Positions 55,392-64,000 of a stretch of DNA of 64,000 bases are shown piece after piece. The DNA lies in assembly GCA_000388065.2 (NCBI GenBank), contig KB932203.1, one strand, 5' to 3'. The DNA is from Fonticula alba ATCC 38817. Lineage: Eukaryota > Protista > Nucleariida. Each line of letters opens with the position of its first letter. Within the stretch, counting starts at the first letter, position 1. The notes beneath the pieces are model-generated. The model did no database searches. It had not been told where the DNA came from and worked only from the letters and a program-made list of their open reading frames with translations. The position numbers were made by a program, and so were the translations under genes.

Positions 55392-55821
55392 ACCATTTCG
55401 GCCACAAACGTGGGGCAATTCTTCCATCCCCTGCCGCGCGAAGCCGGGCCCTGCCTGCCAGGAGGGGGGAAGGGGGCACAATGTGTGGTATTTGGGTACA
55501 TGGGGGGGGGGGCAAGGGCAGGAGAGGAGAGGAGAGGGAAGCAGCGCCCACGCCCCTCGCAACATAAAGGCACTGTGAGGGGCAGGGGAGGAGGGAGCGA
55601 GAAGGACCGCGGGCCGGAAAGAGGGAGGGAAGGGAGGGAGAAGATGATGCTCCCGAAGGCTAAATATACAAAACGGACGGTCCAGTCCCTCGCTGCAGAG
55701 GGGGGAAAAGAGGGGGGGGAAGGGGAGAGCACACGCCCAGGAGAAGGAGGGGAGGAAACAACAAAGGCCAGCGAAGGGCGAAGATGGCCGGCCGCCAGGC
55801 ACAGGCCGGGAGGCCACACGC

Positions 55822-57395
55822 TCAGTAGCGGCGGGACCGGTCATCACGGTACCGGTCGTCGCGGGGGCGCTCATCGCGAGAGCGCTCGTCGCGGTACCGG
55901 TCCTCGCGGGGGCGGTCATCTCGACGGTCGTCGCCGCGGTACCGGTCATCGCGACGGTCGTCGCCGCGGTACCGGTCGTCGCGGCGATCATCGCGGTACC
56001 GGTCATCCCGGGGCCGGTCGTCGCGGTACCGATCGTCGCGGGGCCGGCCACCATGGCGATCGCGATCACGCTCACGGTCACGGTCGCGGAAGTGATCGCC
56101 ACGCCCGCCGCGGAAGTCCCGACCACGGTCGAAGTCCCGGTCGCGACGATGGTGGTCACCGCCGTCCGGGCCGCCGCCACCGAAGCCCCCGCGGTGGTGG
56201 TGGTGGTGGTGATGATGGGCGTGGTGCCCGGACGGCGGGCCATGGTGCTGATGCTGCAGCCCCATGGCAGCCAGCTCGGCATGGCGCGCGCGAACCGCCA
56301 CCAGACCCGCATGCAGACGCCCGGAGTGGTGATCCTCCAGACACTTGTCCGAATCGTCACGGCTCAACATGGCCGGGCACGAATCGCACACGAACATCTT
56401 CAGCGTGTTGGACGCCACGCCGAGGCTGGCCGCGGTGGCGCTCTCCGCCTCGCGGAGCTCCGCCTGCAGACGGCTCTGGGACTCCTTCAGCACACTGGCC
56501 TCGTTGAGGATTTGCAGAGACTCATCGACGAGACCCTCGCCACCGAGGCGCTCGGCCTCGGCCTCCAGCTCGGTGAGCTTCTCGGTGACTTTGTTGTACT
56601 CCAGGCGCTATGAACGTCGGGGGGACGGGGGGGGGGGAGGGGGGGAGCGGGAGCGGGAGGGAAAGGGGGCACATCAGGCGGGTTAATACCAAAAGGGAGA
56701 GGAACGCGCGGCGAAGGGACCCCACCCAAGGGAGAGGATGGCGCACAATGTCCAGGATGGCGCTGTCCTCCCAGGCGCGTTTCTTGTTGTCGAGATCCGC
56801 CTTCATGCGGTTAATTTCACGGTCCGCGCGCTGGACGATCCGACCGAGGTTCTGCAGGAGCGAGTACAGGTAGCCAAAGGGATCGACAGCGCGAGCAGGC
56901 AGGGGAGCATCGCCACTCTCGGCCTTCATGCGCGCCGACAGCTCCTCGACCTCCTTCTCATACAGCCGGCGCATGGCGTCCGAGTGAATGTGCGGGCAGC
57001 GACCCTCATCGAGGTGCTACAGGCCGCGAGAAAGCCAGGCCGCGAGAAAGCCAGGCCACGGCGTTAGTCTCATGAAAGGGACAGGGGGCCACCACGCGGC
57101 ACAGTTAACGGGAGGGGGGGGGAGGGACGGGGCGAACGCACGGTGTTGTGGAAGAGCTCATGCGGGCACATGCCGACAAGGTACATCTTGCAGATGTTGT
57201 CGTCGGTGAAGTGCATCCTCGAGGAGGACTCTGATGGTAAACGGGGAGGGGAGGGGGGAAGGAGAAAAGTGTCAGAAGGAAGCCACACGAGGGGCAGATG
57301 GCGAGGAGGAAAGCGGGAGAGACGCTTCACGCACCGGTGACGCCAATCGAGCTGAAGAGCTCGATCAGCACACGGCGACGCTCGGTGTAAGCCAT
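55822..57395 (-). CDS. LUC7: U1 snRNP-associated LUC7 family protein
   Basis: ZnF1: CKMYLVGMCPHELFHNT...GRCPHIH. Central coiled coil: AERLGGEGLVDES. ZnF2: VCDSCPAML...DHHSGRLH. The C-terminus has a His run and RD-rich repeats. Confidence 0.93.
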
Positions 57396-57559
57396 GGCCG
57401 AAAGGGAGGGCGGAGATGGGAAGGGGGGCGAAGAGTGGAAAGCGCTGTAGACCATCACCAGGGAAGGGGGCTGTGTCAGTGGCGAATGTAGAGAGGAGGG
57501 GGAGGGGAGCGACACAAAGGAGGTGTGCCCTGAGGCGGTAGTCGCCCCCACACGCGCGG

Positions 57560-57595
<36 letters not shown>

Positions 57596-59237
57596 AAGGC
57601 AGCAATTGCGCGCACGAACCCGAGAAAAGGAGGGATGCGCAAACAAGGAGGAAGGAGTTGGAAGCAGGCGCGATGGGCAGAGGGAGGGGGGAGGGGAGGG
57701 GAGATGGGTGGACACAAGTCCCCGACCGGGGCCGGGGCCGCACTGGTCGCCGGCGGCGCAAATATGAATGAGATGTGCGTGATGATGCCCTATTCTCACG
57801 TGCCTCTTCCAAAGGAACGACATTCTCTGAGGAATGTAGCTCAGGCCCTACCCTCGGAGGTACATCGCCATAGCCGAGGTCTGCGGCTTGCAACCACAGG
57901 AGGCGGGGGGGAGGCTCTTTCCATGCCCCCGCCGCGAGGCCGGGTGCGGCCGGGAACAAGAAGCGGCATGCGCGGGGTGGTAAATGAAGGGCAGACATTG
58001 CGTTCCGCAGGCCGCTGGCTGGGGGCCGGCGGGCGGGCGGGCTGGGGGCGACGGAGCGGGACGGAGAGAGAGCTGGCCGGTGCGGTGGGGGCACAGAGCC
58101 ATCCCAGCCGCGCCGCTGTGTGTGCGCGCATCAGCGGCCTCCGACTAGCGGAGGGGGATTCGGCGAGAGCGGAGGCCGGGCACACTGGGCCCGCTTCCAA
58201 AGTGGTCTCGCTTGGTGCGGCCCCCCCAGAGACCGCCCTGTGGTCCTGGACACACCGGGGCCGGTTTGCAGGCCGTTGCCAGTGGACGGGCTCTGGTCCC
58301 CTGCCCTCGAGGGGGGGGGGAGCCGATGCGAGGAACAGGATCGCCCGGGGGTGTGGTTCCCCCCCCTCCCCCCGGAGGAAACCTTCGCAGTTTGTCCACG
58401 CGCCTACACTAGTTCCAGAATGATCCTATTGGGCTGGGTTTGCTTTGGCTCGCGCGTTCCTCTCCCCACTCACTCCAGGGGCCTTGCCGGTCCGGCCGGG
58501 AAGGAATTGAGCCAGTGAACGAGCAACGTCGGCGAGGGCCCCTCACCACGCATGCAGGTCCGGCTGCAACGTCCACCGGTCCTGGGCCGCAGCCGCTGAG
58601 GGGGCGCGAGAGAGGGCCTCGCAGAGCGAGGAAGACAAGCAGGGCCTCGCAGAGCGCGCGAAACCGCCATCATTCCTCCCACCTCGCCCGGAGTCCGGGC
58701 TTCCCCCCCCCCCCCCGAGAGGGGGGAGGAGGACGCAGCGGCCCGGAGAGGCCCCGCCCGCCAGGGGGCCCTTGCTGCCGCTTGTCCTGTGAAGAGCGGC
58801 CAGTATGGCCCCTCCACCGCCCAGGCGGGCCCCTTACACGGACTCCGATACTCCCCCCCTTGTCATCCCTCCCGATCGACCTGCTGTATCTCTTTTGTCC
58901 CCGTGCGTCCTCTCGCACGGAGCCTTCCTCCTCCCCCTCCCCCCTCCCCCCTCCCCCTCTCCCTCTGCCCCTCCTCCCCGCGCTCTCGCTCTGGCTGCTC
59001 GCGGCGTCCATCCGCGGCGCGATCTTTCCCGTCCATCTTCGGCTTCTCCCCGATCCACGATGCCCCATGCGGTTGCCCTCGCCCTCCTCTGCGCACGCAC
59101 ACGCACGCACAAGTCCCCGGTCGCTCGCTGACACACTTGCTGGTGACCAGTTTCCCCTGCCCCCTCCCCCTTTTTTCCCATAACCACCCGCCGTCTCCCA
59201 CACGAGTCCGTTTGGTTGCCCTCCCCCTCTCCTCCCC

Positions 59238-61694
59238 ATGTCCAACGCCATCTCCGCCCTCAACCCCAAGGCCGAGTTCGCTCGCCGTGGCCAGGCCCTT
59301 CAGCTGAACATCAATGCCGCCTCCGGTCTGCAGGATGTCCTCCGCTCGAACCTCGGCCCGCGCGGTACCATCAAGATGTGCGTCGTCGCCGTGCGCTCCT
59401 GAGCGCGCCACTTTGGCCGGCCACCGATTTTGACCCCTCGCATTGCCCCCTCATTTCCCGGCCTCGCGCTAGGCTTGTCTCCGGCTCCGGTGACATCAAG
59501 CTGACCAAGGATGGCAAGGTCCTCCTCGGGGAGATGGTACGCCGCCCCTTGCGCATTCGTCCATCCGCCTGTCTGCCACTCAAATGACACTGACACGGCC
59601 CCCCTCCCCGCCCCCCCCCCCTTGCATGCCTCCCGGTGACGGCGCACGTCACACAGCAAATCCAGAACCCCACCGCCGCCATGATCGCCCGCGCGGCCAC
59701 CGCCCAGGATGACATCACCGGTGACGGCACCACCTCCAACGTCCTGCTGATTGGTGAGCTCCTCAAGCAGGCCAACCACTTCCTGTCCGAGGGCCTGCAC
59801 CCGCGCCTGTGCACCGATGGCTTTGAGACTGCCAAGACTGAGGCCATCAAGGTGCGTCCCCTCTCCCGCGCTCCCCTCCCCCTGGCCACAGTGGGGATGC
59901 TTGGACAGTGTGCCCTGCCCTGCCTCTTCGCCCCTCCTCCTCCTCCTCCGGCCCGGAGGCCGCCAGGCCCAAACACGTCACATATGCCCCTCCGTGCTAA
60001 CCGCCGAGCCCCTGCCCCCGCCCCCCCCAACAGTTCCTCAACGAGTACCGCATTGAGAAGGAGGTCACTCGCGATCTGCTGATCGAGGTGGCCCGGACTT
60101 CCCTCCGGACTAAGGTGTGTCACTGCACGCGCATGCGCCCATCTGCCTCCTGTGGGGCCGTGCTGGCCCTCTCCCTCTCCCCCCTTGCCCTGACGCCGGA
60201 CATCTTACCCTCCTCCTTCCCCCCCCCCTCCCTCCCTCCAGCTCCACCACGAGCTTGCCGACCTCATCACCGAGCACATTGTCGACTCGGTGCTGACCAT
60301 CCAGCGCGAGGGCGAGCGCGTGGACCTCTTCATGGTGGAGATCATGAAGATGATGCACCGGACCGACATGGAGTCGCGCCTGGTCAAGGGCCTGGTGCTG
60401 GACCATGGTGCCCGCCACCCGGACATGCCCAAGCGCCTGCAGAACTGCTACATCCTCACCTGCAATGTCTCCCTCGAGTATGAGAAGACCGAGATCAACT
60501 CCGGGTTCTTCTACTCCTCGGCCGAGGAGCGCGACCGCATGGTTGCCGCCGAGCGCCGCCATACCGACGATCGCGTGCAGAAGGTCATCGAGCTCAAGCG
60601 CAAGGTCTGCCCCCCGGGCAGCGGTAAGAGCTTCGTCCTCATCAACCAGAAGGGCATTGACCCGCTGTCTCTGGACATGCTGGCCCGTGAGGGGATCTTC
60701 GCTGTGCGCCGCGCCAAGCGCCGTAACATGGAGCGCATGACTCGCGCCTGCGGTGGTGTACGTGTCGACGTGTCTGAGGCGGGGGGGTGGGGGCTTCTTT
60801 CCTTTTTCTTCTCGTGCCACACCACACGGCCGGACTAACCGTACATGCCCCCATGCTTTTTTGCTGCACGGGGGGCTGCCCCTCGGTCCATCCCGCAGGT
60901 GGCCGTCAACTCCTTCGACGAGATGGACGAGAGCATCCTCGGCCATGCGGGCCTGGTGTACGAGCACACCCTCGGCGAGGAGAAGTACACCTTCGTCGAG
61001 GAGGTGGAGAACCCCTTCTCTTGCACCCTGCTCATCAAGGGTGCGTCCGTGGCATCCTCCTGGCCAATATTGACTGTGGTGCCATGCGCGCATGCACACG
61101 CGTCGCCCATGCCATGTGCCCTCCTCCGTCGCGCCGCGACACCCGCCCCGGAAGCTGACCGCCCCATTTCCCTGGCCCCCCCCCCCTCTCCTCCAACACC
61201 CAACAGGCCCCAACAAGCACACCCTGGACCAGATCGTCGAGGCCATTCGCGATGGCCTGCGCGCCGTCAAGAACACCATCGAGGACAAGTCCGTCGTCCC
61301 GGGCGCCGGCGCCTTCGAGGTGGCTGCCTACCTGCACCTGATGAAGTTCAAGAACACCATCAAGGACAAGTCCAGCATGGGTGTCGTGGCCTTTGCCCAG
61401 GCCCTGCTCGTGGTCCCCAAGGTCCTGGCCCAGAACGGCGGCCACGACCCGCTTGACGCCCTGGTCAAGGTCCAGGCCGAGGCCGCCGAGGGCCACCACG
61501 CCGGCATCGACGTCAACACCGGTGAGCCCCTGGACCCGACCGTCGAGGGGATTTGGGACAACTACCGCGTCAAGCGCCAGCTCCTGCACTCGTGCTCCAC
61601 CATCGCCGGCAACCTGCTGCTGGTGGACGAGATGATCCGCGCCGGCCGCGCCACCACCAAGAACGGCCCCGACGGCCAGGAGATGGCCATGTAA
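59238..61694 (+). CDS. CCT6: Chaperonin CCT/TRiC subunit zeta (TCP-1 zeta)
   Basis: Motifs [24 protein letters not shown]|[62 protein letters not shown]-like, DGLRAVKN and VPGAGAFE. Seven exons, divergent from LUC7. Confidence 0.98.
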
Positions 61695-63313
61695 ACACGC
61701 ACTCGCACGACTTTGTTGTCCATACATGCGTGTGTGTGTGCCTGTGCGCGTCGAGCAGTTTGGTGAGCGTGTGTGTGTGCGCGTGTGTCGGCGGAGTGAC
61801 AGAGAGAGAAAGAGGCGGGGCGCTAAGATCTCCCTCGCATGTGTATGCCCTCTCCCGATCTCCTCGCCGCTCTGTCCATTTGCCACTGCACGCTCCCTCT
61901 CTCTCTCTCTCTTTCTTTCTCCCTCCCCTCGCACATGACACATCCCCACCCCGACCTTGTATATACAGAGTGACCCCGCGCCCACGCGCGGGGTGAGGCG
62001 CGCCCTGGCGGCGCAGAGGGAGAGAGACACAGGCGAGCCTCTTGTGTGTATGTGTACGCGCGCGTGCATATGCTGGATGAGAGGACCCGCCTCCCTCCCT
62101 CCCTCCCCCCCCCCTCCTCGGCAGCTCTCCTCCCCGGCGCGCGTGTCCGCCCCTCCTCCTCCCCATCTAGGCGCATACCACGTCCAGTTTCAATGACGCG
62201 CTGCTCCCCTCCCGAGAAAATACAAAAAACACTAGTGAGAGACGACACACATGGCCATGGGGGGGGGGGTATGGCAGGGGGGGGAGGGAGCGTGTACTAC
62301 GCAGACTTCCGGCGGGATGGTGAGAGGGGTGACAAGCCCGGCCGGGCCACGGTGTCTCGCCGGGGTGCGGAAATGGCAGGCAGCCCCAGGCCCGACCGAG
62401 GGAGACAAAGAGAAGGAGGGGGGGCGGGGCGGGGCGGGGCGGGGCACGCGCGGCGGCGGCGGCAACAACAAATGGGCAAGAAAAACCGGCCGGCGGACGA
62501 GGTCCGGGGTGGGAGCATGGGATGTCGGCGCGGGGCCTGGCCACATTCTTCGGCCCGGGCACACAGCCGCGAGCGCGGAAGAGAGAAAAGTGGCTGCCCG
62601 CATGTGCAGGGGTGTCGGGCAGGCAGGGAAGAGGACGGCACCGAACGCCGCCGTCGCCGCGGCGTTCGGTGCCCACACGTGAGAGCCGCCGAGGGTCGCT
62701 TTTCATGAAGGGAGCCGCACCTGGGCAAGGCACAAAAGCCAAGGGTCGCCGGATGAAAGTACGGATTGCCATGATGGCCCTTGGACGGGGCCCTCGCCCG
62801 GCGCGGCAACCCTTTCATGGGCCGAAACCCTAGTTTCGATTTTCAGGCGGGAACATTTCGCCCATGATTTGGGCGTCGCCAAATGCGCCAGGATGTTTCA
62901 CGCGGGGGGCGCCTTCCCACCGCATGGCTCAGAAGGCGGCCCAAATCTGCCCGTGCGCGCCATGGCGGGGCGAAATTCTGCGCACCATGGCGGGAGTCTC
63001 TTTCCCACGATGGCGCTCCCTGGTGACCTGCCGGCGCAGCGCCACTAACCCCTTGGCAGTCGGGCCGTTGCAAAAAAAGAGGGAAAAAGGAAACGGTGAG
63101 GAGAGCGACCGGGCGCCGGCCGAGCGCCAGCTCCCGCGCGCCACCTTGCTACGGGCCTCCGCCCAAGGCTCTCGGCTACTGCCAGGCTACCGATCTCCAG
63201 CTAACGAATGCTAACGATGTGGGAACGCATGCCCCATGGGGTTGGAGGCGGGGCCGGGCATGCCTTCCGCCGCCCGTTGCCCCCGAGTCGCCAGGAGGAG
63301 GAGGAGAGGGGGG

Positions 63314-63471
63314 TGGACATGCTCCCGGGTGTTCATAACCGGGGCGTGTCTTGGTGCCTGTGTGTGTGTATGTGTGCGGCCAGCGCCCACAGGGCGGGCA
63401 GGCGTCCGCCAGAGCCCGGGAAGCCGGAGAGCCGGCATTGGTATGCCGGGCGTGCACGCCAACGGGAGAGC
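63314..63471 (+). repeat. 158-bp dispersed structured repeat, copy 2
   Basis: About 98% identical (3 of 158 differences) to 49158-49315 in inverted orientation. Followed by (GA)n and a G run. Confidence 0.95.
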
Positions 63472-63474
63472 ACA

Positions 63475-63510
<36 letters not shown>

Positions 63511-64000
63511 GGGGAGCTGGGACCCTTCTCCTTGCTTGGGCTCGGGGTGGACTCCCGTCCGTTCCACGTCCCTCGTCCTTCGCCGGCGTCGCGGGGGCCG
63601 GTTGGCCGGACTGAGGGACATCTCCATCATTCGGCTGCCGGTCCCCCCAGCTGCTGGGCGAGGGGCTGGACTGGCAGACGCGTGGGGCGTGCGCGGAGGG
63701 CCTGCCGGCCGGGCACAACCGACGGCCATGCGGTTCGGGGTGACCTGCCTCGGTCTGGCCGACCATTCGGCGTCCGCATGCCCATGGCGTGCACTGGACC
63801 CGATATGTGGCGACGTGCGCATTGAGCATGCGTGCGCCCCCAAGTGCAGGTGGTACCCCCTGCGCGGTCTAACTCCACCGAAGCGTACACATACACGCAC
63901 ACACACACACATACACACACCTGGGCATTCGGCCCCTCCCCGCTGGGGCACCACAGGCGCTGGGCCCTCCTCCAGGGAGCCCGCCCAGGGGAGGATGTCC

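Noticed and set aside
57021-57057. 16-bp tandem duplication AGGCCGCGAGAAAGCC
   Set aside because: A local slippage in the 3' end of a LUC7 intron with no wider significance visible.

Overview
GC-rich, intron-containing eukaryotic DNA with nine assembly gaps. Introns are short, carry GTRCGT/GTATGT donors and CTRAC branch points, and are filled with poly-C/G and (CA)/(CT) microsatellites. Gene content points to a unicellular opisthokont; the style would fit Fonticula alba, but that is inference only. Manual splicing supports 13 protein-coding genes: a TEY-type MAP kinase (-), a cPLA2/PLB-family phospholipase (+), an ELAV-like 3xRRM protein (+), ARPC4 (+), riboflavin kinase (-), FAM32A-like (+), acyl-CoA oxidase (+), an uncharacterised PB1-like/coiled-coil protein (-), NDP-glucose 4,6-dehydratase (-), a TM-RING-H2 E3 ligase (+), PGAP3/PER1 (-), a tetraspanin (-), LUC7 (-), plus CCT6 (+), making 14 including CCT6. 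No tRNA, rRNA, transposase or CRISPR signal was seen. Best leads: (1) a roughly 650-nt, densely hairpin-structured intergenic element at 24.0-24.7 kb with + strand GNRA tetraloops, end-pairing, a T5 run and partial SRP-RNA-like motifs; (2) a 158-bp structured repeat present twice in inverted orientation with only 3 mismatches; (3) a tetraspanin with a ~230-aa intracellular loop; (4) a RING-H2 finger split by ~150 aa; (5) an acyl-CoA oxidase with Asp at the catalytic Glu position; (6) a PB1-like protein with two LIR-like motifs. All calls are by eye, with no database search.
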